Below, piece after piece: positions 37,301-48,311 of a stretch of 64,000 nucleotides of DNA. Positions within the stretch are counted from its first letter, which is position 1. Each line of letters begins with the position of its first letter. The stretch comes from Macrostomum lignano. Its lineage: Eukaryota. The stretch covers positions 38,257-102,256 of the forward strand of contig NIVC01001159.1 of NCBI GenBank assembly GCA_002269645.1, given 5' to 3'. The translations under genes were made by a program, and so were the position numbers. Below the pieces are notes generated by a model, which saw nothing but the letters and a program-made list of their open reading frames with translations, did no database searches and was not told the origin of the DNA.

Positions 37301-40300
37301 CAGATTCCGGCTCCCTCATTAAGTTTTTTGTCCCAGCAGCATCATCATCAGCAGCATCATCAGCAGCATCATCAGCAGCTGCAGCAGCGCAGGCGCACCA
37401 AATCGAAACCCTCCAGCTGTTCCCTCCGGGCAGCGGTGCCCGCATTGACAGTCTGTCCGCCCGCGCTGGTCGTCTGTTTGCCGTCTCGGACAGCGCGGGC
37501 GCCGCCGTGTGGCTGGCCGAGTCGCGCTGCAATCGGCAGGCCGGCTGTGTGGCCTGCGTGTCGCTGCGGGACCCCCGCTGCAGCTGGCGGTTGGACCTGC
37601 GGGAGTGCGCGTTTGCTGCGGAGCCTGAGGGGTGAGCAGCGATTAGGGCTTGGCGTTCACCGTGACTTTAGAAGGAGGCGTTCACTGTGACTTTAGGATG
37701 CGCTCACCGTGACTTTAGAAGGAGGCGTTCACTGTGACTTTAGGATGCGCTCACCGTGACTTTAGAAGGAGGTGTTCACTGTGACTTTAGGATGCGCTCA
37801 CCGTGATTTTAGAAGAATGCGCTCACCGGGACTTTAGGATGCGCTCACCGGGACTTTAGGATGCGCTCACCGGGACTTTAGGATGCGCTCACCAGGACTT
37901 TAGGATGCGCTCACCGGGACTTTAGGATGCGCTCACCGGGACTTTAGGATGCGCTCACCGGGACTTTAGGATGCGCTCACCGGGACTTTAGGATGCGCTC
38001 ACCAGGACTTTAGGATGCGCTCACCGGGACTTTAGGATGCGCTCACCGGGACTTTAGGATGCGCTCACCGGGACTTTAGGATGCGCTCACCGGGACTTTA
38101 GGATGCGCTCACCGGGACTTTAGGATGCGCTCACCGTGACTTTAGAAGGAAGGAGGCGTTCACTGTGACTTTAGGATGCGCTCACCGTGATTTTAGAAGG
38201 ATGCGCTCACCGGGACTTTAGGATGCACTCACCGGGACTTTAGGATGCGCTCACCGGGACTTTAGGATGCGCTCACCGGGACTGTCTGATGCGTTCACTG
38301 GGACTCTAGAATGCATTCACCGGGACTCTAGAATGCATTCACCGTGACTCTAGTAGGATGCGTTCACCGTGACTTTAGGATGCGTTCACCGTGACTTTAG
38401 GATGCGTTCACCGGGACTTTAGGATGCGTTCACCGTGACTTTAGGAGGCGTTCACCGTATCTGCAGGGATCTTCGATGCATTCACTGAGTTTTAGAGGCA
38501 TTCACGGGCGGTCAAATGTAAATAAAAGGCGACTATGCGAGAGTCACAGTGATGGATCACCGCTGGAATCTCATTAAAGCTTCAAAGCTCTTCACTTTCC
38601 AGTCTGACCAACGCGTCTTCCGGGCATCACAGCGGCTGCCCCATCAGCTCAAGAGACCTGAACAGCCGTGAGTTGCATTCGGAATCTGCTATTATCATTA
38701 GTACACCTGCACTTTTACCTCTCCCCAATGCTCTGCCGGCTTTTAACTGCTGCAGGCCTGCCATCGCTCGCTCCGCCGACTCGGGGAGGCTCGCAGACCT
38801 CGGCGCTGCCGCCCCTCCTTGGAGCGTCTGGCGGCAGCCTGACCGACTCTGCGTCACTCGCGGCAGCAATGAACTCCGGCGGAGTCAGCGGAGTCCCAGT
38901 CGGCAAATTCGTGGCCGCCCTCATCGCCCTGTGCCTGCTCGGCTTCTCTGCCGGCTTCTTCTTGGGCTGCTTTGTCCGGCGCCGGCGCAACCTGCGGCGG
39001 GATGTCGGCAGAGGCGGCGCTGACGGCAGCGCAGCGGAGAGGGAGAAGTGCATCGGCGAGGTTCAGGCCAACTGCCACGGTGCTGCGGCTGCTGCGGCTG
39101 CTGCGGCTGCAGGTGAGACTGAAGGACTTGCTGGGTCTGAGGTTGTCCGGTTCTTTCAGGTTCAGGGCTAATGTCAGGGCCAGGGCCAGGGCTATTGTCA
39201 GGGCTAGGGTCAGAACTAAAGCTAGGGTCAGGACTATAGAGTCAGGGCTAGGGTCAGGGCTAGAATCAGGGCTAGTGCCAGAACTAAAGCTAGGGTCAGG
39301 GCTAGGGTCAGGGCTAGGGTCAGGGCTAGGGTCAGGGCTAGGGTCAGGGCTAGGGTCAGGGCTAGTGCCAGAACTAAAGCTAGGGTCAGGGCTAGGGTCA
39401 GGGCTAGGGTCAGGGCTAGTGTCAGAGCTAAAGCTAGTGTCAGGGCTAGGGTCAGGGCTAAAGCTAGTGTCAGGGCTAAAGCTAGTGTCAAGGCTAAAGC
39501 TAGTGTCAGGGATAAAGCTAGGGTCAGGGCTAAAGCTAGTGTCAGGGCTAAAGCTAGTGTCAGGGCTAAAACTAGTGTCAAGGCTAAAGCTAGGGTCAGG
39601 GCTAAAGCTAGGGTCAGGGCTAAAGCTAGTGTCAGGGCTAAAGCTAGTGTCAGGGCTAAAGCTAGGGTCAGGGCTAAAGCTAGTGTCAGGGCTAAAGCTA
39701 GGGTCAGGACTATAGAGTCAGGGCTAGGGTCAGGGCTAGAATCAGGGCTAGTGCCAGAACTAAAGCTAGGGTCAGGGCTAGGGTCAGGGCTAGGGTCAGG
39801 GCTAGGGTCAGGGCTAGGGTCAGGGCTAGGGTCAGGGCTAGGGTCAGGGCTAGTGCCAGAACTAAAGCTAGGGTCAGGGCTAGGGTCAGGGCTAGGGTCA
39901 GGGCTAGGGTCAGGGCTAGTGTCAGAGCTAAAGCTAGTGTCAGGGCTAGGGTCAGGGCTAAAGCTAGTGTCAGGGCTAAAGCTAGTGTCAAGGCTAAAGC
40001 TAGTGTCAGGGCTAAAGCTAGGGTCAGGGCTAAAGCTAGTGTCAGGGCTAAAGCTAGTGTCAGGGCTAAAACTAGTGTCAGGGCTAAAGCTAGGGTCAGG
40101 GCTAAAGCTAGGGTCAGGGCTAAAGCTAGTGTCAGGGCTAAAGCTAGTGTCAGGGCTAAAGCTAGGGTCAGGGCTAAAGCTAGTGTCAGGGCTAAAGCTA
40201 GTGTCAGGGCTAAAGCTAGTGTCAAGGCTAAAGCTAGTGTCAGGGCTAAAGCTAGGGTCAGGGCTAAAGCTAGGGTCAGGGCTAAAGCTAGTGTCAGGGC

Positions 40301-40893
40301 TAAAGCTAGTGTCAGGGCTAAAGCTAGTGTCAGGGCTAAAGCTAGTGTCAGGGCTAAAGCTAGTGTCAGGGCTAAAACTAGTGTCAAGGCTAAAGCTAGG
40401 GTCAGGGCTAAAGCTAGTGTCAGGGCTAAAGCTAGTGTCAGGGCTAAAGCTAGGGTCAGGGCTAAAGCTAGTGTCAGGGCTAAAGCTAGTGTCAGGGCTA
40501 AAGCTAGTGTCAGGGCTAAAGCTAGTGTCAGGGTTTTCCTCAGCAGTTGAGCGCCCGTCCTCTCACCCGCCATTACTTTTCCCCGCCGCAGGCGACGTGC
40601 CGCTGCGGCTCCGCCGGTCCCAGCACGGAGAGCGCGGCCACCAGGCGGTGTCAAACGAGTACACGGAGCACCCGCCGCAGGCAGTGGCCTCCTACGCCAC
40701 CCCGCCAGCGGTCCCAGCCGTGATGAGGATCGTCAGCAGCCACTCGTCGGCTCTGGACAGCTGGCAGAGCTGCAGCGCCGATGTGCCCGCCATCGATGAT
40801 GTTGACGAGGACGAGGAAGAGAACCCCGGGATGCACACTCGGCGCGGTCAGCCGATCGGAGACCATCGAGACAATGACTGGAGACACATCTAG
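25385..40893 (+). CDS. Transmembrane semaphorin (signal peptide, Sema, PSI, TM, cytoplasmic tail; class 1/6-like architecture), 10 exons, ~816 aa
   Basis: Manual model: 25385-25502, 25576-25666, 25755-26016, 26309-26653, 26740-26881, 34915-35355, 37304-37631, 38603-38667, 38756-39112, 40592-40893. Phases are consistent; total 2451 nt. Signal peptide MHYKIIIIFSLIVLLTIWSATSSYA. Sema motifs: YLGGFNALYRVS, GEKLYALFVEEA, TRLARICLNDPGG...TSFFKLRLIC, FYGLFS...ALCRFTL, RPRPTLC, VGT|DSGSLIK. PSI: CNRQAGCVACVSLRDPRCSW...C. TM: FVAALIALCLLGFSAGFFLGCFV followed by RRRR. Confidence 0.9.
26045..26270 (+). mobile_element. tRNA-derived SINE with CORE-like central domain (semaphorin intron 3)
   Basis: Pol III A box TAGCGTAGTGG and B box GGTTCGATTCC, then GTCCTTGAGCAAGACACTTAAC...CAGTTCACCCAGCTGTAAAATGGG, which resembles the MIR/CORE domain. 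Two more copies at 59999-60213 and 61286-61423. Confidence 0.8.
26935..27905. repeat. 25-bp minisatellite split in two by a ~470-bp unique insert
   Basis: Unit CCCTTGACATCTCGCCTTAGAATCT at 26935-27110 and 27585-27905. Confidence 0.9.
28805..29415. repeat. 45-bp minisatellite, ~13 copies
   Basis: Unit CTCCCCCTCCCGCTCTATCTATATCTAATCTCATCTCTCTGTCTT. Confidence 0.93.
30118..32275. repeat. 16-bp minisatellite, ~135 copies
   Basis: Unit GCTTGTGACTTTATGA with TCCTGTG/TCTTGTG variants. Confidence 0.97.
32810..33465. repeat. 30/31-bp minisatellite
   Basis: Unit ATCTAC(C)TCTCAGCCTATCTATGATTTCTCA. Confidence 0.93.
34540..34815. repeat. 22-bp minisatellite
   Basis: Unit TTCCATTCCAGGAATCACCCAG. Confidence 0.9.
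35375..35775. repeat. 21-bp minisatellite at the start of semaphorin intron 6
   Basis: Unit GTAGTTGCTATGCG(G/A)GAT(C/G)T(G/A). Confidence 0.9.
36238..37225. repeat. 20-bp minisatellite, ~49 copies
   Basis: Unit TCTCTCTGAGTGTCTCTCAG. Confidence 0.95.
37650..38458. repeat. 22-bp minisatellite (semaphorin intron 7)
   Basis: Unit GGATGCGCTCACCGGGACTTTA. Confidence 0.94.
39165..40533. repeat. Hexamer-based satellite (TCAGGG/CTAGGG/CTAAAG/CTAGTG) in the last semaphorin intron
   Basis: 12- and 18-bp units made of 6-mers; internal 476-bp duplication. Confidence 0.94.
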
Positions 40894-41780
40894 ATGGCGC
40901 GCTTTTCTTGGTCATCGTTGGTTTTCTGGTGCATAAGAAGTGAATCCCCAATCCCCAATCTACTGTCTGCTTGGCTAATTTTATCGCTCACGAGTTGCTT
41001 CTTGCCTTGCCATCACAGTTAATATTTCAAAGCCTTGGAGAATTTTTCACTGCAGCTGCCCTGCAACAGCTGATCTGCTTTTAGCTGACTGGCTATTCAT
41101 TGTAGGTCAAAATCAATATTGACAAATGGACAGATTTTTAATCATTTTTTCGTGCTAATCATACTACTTGCTTACGTTGCTGCTAGATAGTAGTATGTCA
41201 GATTTTTTCTGTGCAATCAGATTCTTGAATGAAATTTGTTAATTAAACCTTATTTTTTAAAGGCGATTCTCTGTTAAACTTTTTTATGTTTAAAAAGCAC
41301 AATCAAAAGTTTAGGACCAAATTGTTTAATTTAGCATAAACTGTTTATCGGCAAATGTTTTTTAAATACTTTTTCTTATAAATGTATTTTTATAAAATGC
41401 GAGTATTCACCATATTTACTACTGGTCGGTAAGGTTTAAATAGTAGCAAATATTTCTAATAATGAATAAATTGCCAGCTTGTAACTCTGGGCTTTTTCTC
41501 TATTAAAGAGATCAGAAGAGAAAATATATTATAATTCTTATACGAGTATATTATACTTTTCACTATTTTCTTGAAAGATTTTAATTCAACCGGATAATCG
41601 TTTGCGGAGGGCGTTGGCAAGCAAGTCGGCTTTCATGGAATTCGCCAAATTTAAACAAAAAAATCTTTGATCTACGAAATTTTTGCACATTTTCGGCGAA
41701 ATGCTCGCTAATTGAGCAGCAAATTGTAACAAATTGCGTCAATTCAAAAATGTATCAACTTGGCTATGGCTGCGACATGT

Positions 41781-41787
41781 TATAAAA
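41781..41787 (+). promoter_or_regulatory. Candidate TATA box of the secreted-protein gene
   Basis: TATAAAA 30 bp before ATG 41811 and 57 bp before the better-context ATG 41838 (CACAGCATGG). Confidence 0.45.
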
Positions 41788-41810
41788 CAGGTAATTGCTC
41801 AGTTAACTGA

Positions 41811-42539
41811 ATGAATCCAGCATTGAAGAAGCACAGCATGGCTTTAGTCAACTCTGCTATTCTCGGTCTCTGCTTGCTGAGCGTCCTGCTCAGTTTCGTT
41901 CCAGCAGGTCGCGCATGCTTTGGCAAATCTCCCAGCTTCAAGGCTACTTACCGCACTACCTTTGATCGCTCTAATCCCCGAACAGAGATGAACTTGAACA
42001 GCATCATCAACGCAAACATTAATGCCAGCAATGAGCAGCTGGCTTCGCTGCTGTATGCAAATGTCAGCAGAGATTTTCCCGGTAGTCACGTCATCGTGCT
42101 CGTCTACAACCCCATCGGCGGCGTGTCGAAGCACGAAAATCTGTTCTGCCCGTTTCAGCTGCACCTGACTCGCTATCGGGCTGAAGGGAAGAAGAACATT
42201 CATATTCAGGTGTCGAAAACAGCGTCTTCAATGCTGACAGAGCTCGGTCAGTGCTCACCACTCAAAAAGCTGCAGCGCAATAACGAGCCACCAGATGCTC
42301 AGAAGTGGATGTCCAGGCTGTGGCCTGCGTTGGACTTCTGCGGGGCTGTGAAGCTGGTTTCGGTCATAGACTATTGGACCAGCGACCTGGCTTACAAGGC
42401 CAGTCCAGGCTCTCTGGCCATCGATGTGGGCTATCACGTCTACACGAGCTACGGAGTCATGGGGCAGTCATTCAGGATTGACAAGAGGCGGACTTGGCGT
42501 ATTGAAAAGCCTGTTCAGCACATTCTTTTGTTTGGGTAG
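41811..42539 (+). CDS. Intronless secreted protein, 242 aa (233 aa from ATG 41838); family uncertain
   Basis: Non-repetitive ATG-to-stop ORF with a hydrophobic signal peptide MALVNSAILGLCLLSVLLSFVPAGRA. The segment LYANVSRDFPGSHVIVLVYNPIGGVSKH recalls the C-terminal domain of rapunzel/SE-cephalotoxin-like proteins (from memory, unverified). Confidence 0.8.
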   Translation: MNPALKKHSMALVNSAILGLCLLSVLLSFVPAGRACFGKSPSFKATYRTTFDRSNPRTEMNLNSIINANINASNEQLASLLYANVSRDFPGSHVIVLVYNPIGGVSKHENLFCPFQLHLTRYRAEGKKNIHIQVSKTASSMLTELGQCSPLKKLQRNNEPPDAQKWMSRLWPALDFCGAVKLVSVIDYWTSDLAYKASPGSLAIDVGYHVYTSYGVMGQSFRIDKRRTWRIEKPVQHILLFG

Positions 42540-43466
42540 ACGGAATGCAATATACCAATATACCAAACTACACCGTGTGTCAGGTCTGTATTCCATAATT
42601 TCCTGAGTTAAAATAGGAAATTATGATAGAAATAAGTAATACGTACTGAGCAACATGTTCTACTTTTTCCATATTATCCATATTCCAGAAAAAGGAAAGG
42701 AATAGATTTTACTTCCATTTTGCCAGAAGTCTCCATTTGTCAGCTCCACTCTGAAACCGGTGGTCAACTTTTCTCAGATCTCAGCCCCAAGTGACGCAAT
42801 TCCGACATGCACGCGACCGCCGTTCCCGTCTCAAATTACAGTTCTGCACTGACAGTAATCTACTGATAGTATAGTAATGCCACAAGCATATACTGGTGTA
42901 ACTGGCCTTACTACTGCAGTAGTTTTCGAAAATTTGTTTTTTGAACCCGACATTTTTTAATGCTAAACTATTTCACCCAAGACGCCAAGAACGAGGATGT
43001 ACGACTGATCAGCTTTAGCACTGCCTAGAGTTGTCGCGGGCTCTCGGTGGTTGGGCACTGAGCTTTGGAATTTTTCGTGCAGCGTTTCTTCAATGCACTT
43101 CACGATCTGCTTTCCCATTGTCTCGCTCTCACTCTGTGCCAAGCTTTTGTTTTGTTGCTCATCCCAGCAGCCTAGAATCGTGAAACCATGGAAAGCACCG
43201 CCTCTCTCTCTTGTCTCTCTTGTATCTCCCACGGACCACTTGGTATCTCCCAGACGTATCCCTAAACGTCTGATCGCGTACCTCCAGCTGTAGTTCCGAA
43301 GTGCTCATCAAGGAGTCACCAAGCAACCAATCCGGTTTATTTTGAGATGCGCAGGTTTTTCAGCGGCGATTGAACTTAATGTTTTCAACTAATATATTGT
43401 TTAAATATTTTTCTATTAACTACGAGCGTATTGAACTTTAAATAAAATCAATCACAGTTAGAAACT

Positions 43467-43577
43467 TTACGGAAACAATAAATAATATAAAAGATTCCTC
43501 TCGCGAATGGGAAGCAACTTCCGGCTTCCGCGACCGGCCTGAATGAAGATCAACACCTTTGGCTTTCCTTGAAGGAC
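43467..43577 (-). pseudogene. Degenerate caspase fragment with catalytic Cys>Gly (QAGRG), lacking p10
   Basis: Translates VLQGKPKVLIFIQAGRGSRKLLPIRERNLLYYLLFP*. The DNA aligns with the LEGRPKAFFIQACRGS segment at ~53890-53940. It is followed by the same 3' flank that follows the intact caspase. Confidence 0.75.
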
Positions 43578-45274
43578 CTACTAGTTTGCATTCCAGTAGT
43601 TTCTGCTGCAGCAGAGATACAGGACTTGCCCCCAAGAAGTTGGCAGGCGGCATCTTGTACAGTTGTGCTGTAATTTTTTTTCTGTGCTCATCCGGCTGTC
43701 TGCTCACCATCAGCAGCCTGTTCAGCGATCGCTGGATGCTGGTTGAAGTGGCTCTGAAGGAGACGGACTACTAGTACACACCCTAACAATTCCCACGCCT
43801 TCACAATTCCTACAGAGTAGCAGAAGAAACCTCCAGCTGACTTTTTATGTATAAAGTGTACGTACGAGCGTATTCAAGTTTCAAGCTGACAGCCGATCTG
43901 AACACGGTATACTGTATACGATTTCTTATCTGACTACTACCAGTAAGCAGTTGAGGTTGCTTGCTCTGTATTTCTGAATTAAATGCCTGCATATTTTATT
44001 TACCAACATGTTGAGACACGTAGAATCAATGCTTAACCATGCATTATGAATTAATAAGCAACGTACATGTGAGCTGCCTTTTAATAGTGGAGTGCGAGCT
44101 TTGCCAAATACCACTGCAGTGTCAGTAGTTATTAATCAAATCATTAATCGAATCTGTACCCTGTCGTTCACAGCATCTGAGAATGAATCGGGGAGGCAGT
44201 TAACATAAACTTGTCTTAGGCTGTGGAGTTTTTACTTTCATGCCGTCTATTTTGAGTACAGCGCAAAGTAGATTAGCAGATTATTTCTACTGTGACGTTG
44301 CCAGTTTAAGGTGGTCCCGAAAAGGGCCGTTGGACTGCTGTTTCTCTATAGTTTCAACCCTTCAGTTTCACCGTTTCAACTAAACTTTTCCATTTGTTTA
44401 TTGCGACGTTTACTTGTAGTAGTGCCCAACGATTTTGTGGCAATTTCTAATTCACTGTATATTTTGCTATCCTCTCTCGCGACCGTATAAAATTGGCACG
44501 ATCGATAATTTTAAGTTCTCTCGCCAGCCAATGAAAACCACTCGTGCTTCGCGCTACGTGCTTCGCCCCTCTGCGCTCCTTTATTAAACCCCCGCCTGGC
44601 GGCGGGCACTCCTCTCTCCCTGTGTGTCCTTGGCCTTGTGTGTGTTTTTGCGTTCTTGTCTGGCTGCCTCGAGCCTCCTTATTTCTCGCCACGGCCCCTC
44701 TGTCTGGGCCAGCCTACTCACACGCTTACTTGACTGTCTCACGCCACGGCTGACGCCAATCTCGCCACTGCTACTCACTGCCTCCACTGTGCTCATTGCC
44801 ATTGCTCACCACGTTACGTCGCCATTGCATCATTCGCCTGTCACTTGACTTCATATCCAAATTATATTCAACCCATTGTTGCAGCCGCCAGTGCCCAGAA
44901 GCTATAGTTTGTGTATTGCCAGTAACAACCAAACCTAATATTGATATTAACAATAAAAACAACTACGGCAGTTTCCTGCCTTTATTGCCAAGTGCTCCGC
45001 TACACAATCCGCTTTGCAAGAGTTGACTTCAACTTATTTTGGGACTACGACTTACTGCAACGCTTGTTAAAACGGCCCTTTTAAGGGCCACAGCCATAGT
45101 TAGCCGCTACGCCAACATCAATAATCGTGACACTACTTTCATTTTTTTACTTCCTTTTTGCATTTTCATTCAACAATACGCTCTTGTTCGATTTCCTAAA
45201 TGTCTTTGCTTTCCATTTAGAGTTTTATACTTGAGTAACGTCGGAACGAGAATGAATTCAGACAATAAATGAAA

Positions 45275-45480
45275 CAATACTACAGCCACAGTACTGTTAC
45301 CTGCAAAAACCTGCTAAGGCAAGTTGGTCATCTATCTATCTTCCATCCGGAATGCTCCCATACTCAAGTCCGCCTTTCAATACTACAGCCACAGTACTGT
45401 TACCTGCAAAAACCTGCTAAGGCAAGTTGGTCATCTATCTTTCTTCCATCCGGAATGCTCCCATACTCAAGTCCGCCTTT
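45275..45480. repeat. 103-bp direct tandem duplication
   Basis: CAATACTACAGCCACAGTACTGTTACC at 45275 and 45378. Confidence 0.92.
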
Positions 45481-46106
45481 CTATCTGTTTCATAGAAAGT
45501 CTCGTCCCACATTTGGCTCATGGAAGTCTGTTTTGTCAGGCAGTTCTTTACGTTTGGTAGCAAATACTCGTTACATGCAGCTCGTGTTTCGTTTAAATGT
45601 ACTCATATATACGCATGTGAGCAGTCCTGCTCATCGGCTCACTTTTCCCTGTAATTTTTGCATCCGTCTCGTATGCATCTCAGGCGTACTGTAGCTATTG
45701 CCAACTGCTCATCAAGGAGTGACCAAGCAAAAAGCAATCTAATTTTGTCTGGATGAGCAGTATTTCAGTGGCGACAGAACTCAAACAAAATACTGGTTTA
45801 TTATTTAAAAGCTTTTGATTAACTACTTTAGTTTAGAAGAATTAGTCACAGGGTTATAAACTTTACACGGAAACGAAAAATATCATGAAAATAAAATGAA
45901 ACGATAATTGAGTACTTGAAGGTTAAGCAGATTGACTTGAGTAGACATCAGAGTCAAATAACCATTAGTCATATTCAGAAGGTAACACGATCGGTGTTTG
46001 AACAGCAGAAAAGTGTCCACATTTATCAATAAAGCTGCCAATACAAGTATATCAAATATTCCATCATTAAAGACAGCTCCGTGACATCGCCGCTACCTGA
46101 AGAAAC

Positions 46107-48311
46107 TCACAGCGGCTTCAAAGGCTCGTCGAAGAACTTCTTGTCTTCGTACCTGAAAAAGAAGTGCAGAGTATAAACTCAGAGTGTGGATTTCAAATTG
46201 CACGATAGTTCTTACTGCCCATTTATACTACAAAAATTAAAAAATTCCACTCAGAGCAACTGCAGTCAGCTGCTCAAAATTCAATGATGAGCAATAATGC
46301 TTTTCAGCGATTTCGAGCATAGGTCAGAGAGACATTCTCAGTTGCCATGGAAACTCACCCACGCAGCAGCTCAGCCAGCTCGCTGTTTTCCGTCTGTGTG
46401 GCCAAATCCAGCGCAGTCCTGTCGTCTCTGTCCTTCAGGCTCCAATCCGCCCCTGAGTCCAGCAGAACCCGACCGACTGCGGCGGCGGTAGCGGGGGGCG
46501 CAATGATGGCTGCCAGCATGAGGGGAGTCAATTCACAGTATCCCCGATCAGTCCTGGCATTGGCGGAGGCTCCGGCAGCCAGCAGTGCGGAGGCTGCGGC
46601 AGAATTGCCACCGAAGCCTGCCCAGTGCAGGCAGCTGTCAGACCTTGAATCCACACAGGTGGGGTCACCCAGCTGCACCAGCTGCTCCCACAGAGCCTCA
46701 TTACTGCACGAGCTGTTCCGAGCTGCACACATCAACGCGGTGACACCACATCTGTCAGGCAGGTCGCAGCTGCTGCGGGTCGCCGCTCGCCGCAGTCCAG
46801 CCCAGTCGCCGGCCTCAGCCAGCCGCTTCATTTCCTTTCGATCGACCTTCTCCTGCAAAGGCGAGCGGGAAATTTGAGCACCGCTGCTCTGCTGCAGCTG
46901 CATCGGCACCGCAGATGCCGCTCACCTGAGCTGTCAGGCCAGAGATATAGGCATATTTTTCCACCACCAGCCGCATCTCCCTGCAACCGTAAAATGAGCA
47001 GCGAATTTGCAATTTTATTTATCAGGCAACTACCGTTGCCAAAATAGAATTTACTTTAGTAGGATGAAATTTTCATGATAAATTTAGCAAATACGAGTAG
47101 AAAATCCTAATTATCTGAGCTGCTCGCAGATGAAGATTTTAGGAGAACTGCAGCAGCTCCGCAACAATCAGCATTGGCGAGAGCGCCTATGACTTCTCAC
47201 ACGCAGCTCATTTTCCATTTCTGCAGCACGAGTTTCCTTCCATTTCACAATGTCTCACAAAGCACTCACGCACAGCCTCCCAGTTCTCCATCTGCAGCTC
47301 GACCCACACACTCTCACTGCACACCGAGGCCCTACAGCTTCCATTCTCGACTGAGATCAACCGGACCCCCATTGGCTGAGAGGCTCCCGCCCATCAAGCA
47401 GTCAGCCAGAGACAAGCTCAGCTGACTGGCTCTGATTGGCTGGCCTGAGACTGCAGCTCTGGCCACCCCAGCCGAATGCTGCAAAAATTGATGGACACAG
47501 CAGCGAACTGCTCACTCACCGCTCGATGTAGCTGGCCAGCTCTGAGTAGCCGCTGAGTCTCGCCAGGTCCGACGCCGTCCGACCCTCGCAATTCTGCAGT
47601 CCGAGCAACCGCGACCTCTTCGAGTTTCCGTGCTGCAAGCATTCATTAAACTTCAACTGCCTGAGCAGGTGCAGCAGGTGCTTGGCGCATTTCCAGCTGC
47701 CAGTCCGCGCCGCCTCCATCAGCGGAGTGGCGCCGTTGTCGTTCCGCAGCCACTTCGCATCGAACCACAGCAGCGTCAGCAGCCGCAGGTGGTCCCGCCG
47801 GGCTGCCAGGTGCGCAGCCGTGTCGCCGTTCGCGTCAGCCGCCTTGGGGTTCGCGCCCAGCTTAAATAAGTACAAGATGCACTTTTCAGTGTGCACGGGA
47901 GTCTCAGGAGCGTCGGCCACCAGCATGAGGACGGTCCGACGATTTGCATCAGCGCTGGTGACCAGCTGGCGCGTTGCCAGCCGCCGCACCTGGCCGAAGT
48001 CACCTCGGATGACGTCGTGGGCGAGAGTCTGGAGATCGGCTGGTGAGTCTCCGACGCTTGCCCGGTTGCTGGGGTCCGGCTGAGTGAGTTCCTGCAACTG
48101 TAATTAAGCACTAAAGCTGCACATTGAAACATGTGAGTGAGAACCAAAGATATTTTTCAAATGGATTGCTTTAACTCACAAAAAATAATATTTCAAACAA
48201 AAGAATGCTACAAAACTTACATTCTTACAAATAATCACCCTATGTACAATATAAGGTAAAACTTACCTTGTAATCAGAATAGTATATCACCTTAGAGGCC
48301 GCACTGCCCAT
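46107..48311 (-). CDS. Ankyrin-repeat-only protein (~405 aa), paralog of the ankyrin-caspase without the caspase exons
   Basis: Exons 48311-48267 (MGSAASKVIYYSDYK), 48097-47520, 46980-46926, 46852-46359, a possible 12-nt microexon at 46227-46216, and 46152-46111, with read-through to TGA at 46109-46107. ANK motifs: GDTAAHLAA, GATPLMEAA, GVTALMCAA, TPLMLAA, DRTALDLA. The 3' end is uncertain. Confidence 0.75.

Noticed and set aside
42963-43232. 89-aa minus-strand ORF in the triplicated 3' flank
   Set aside because: The homologous copy at ~52.4 kb has stops in all three frames; treated as non-coding flank.
46355-48097. Notch/LIN-12 intracellular domain
   Set aside because: The ANK repeats are generic. 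There are no EGF, LNR, TM, RAM or PEST parts; the gene starts at MGSAAS and its paralog continues into a caspase.
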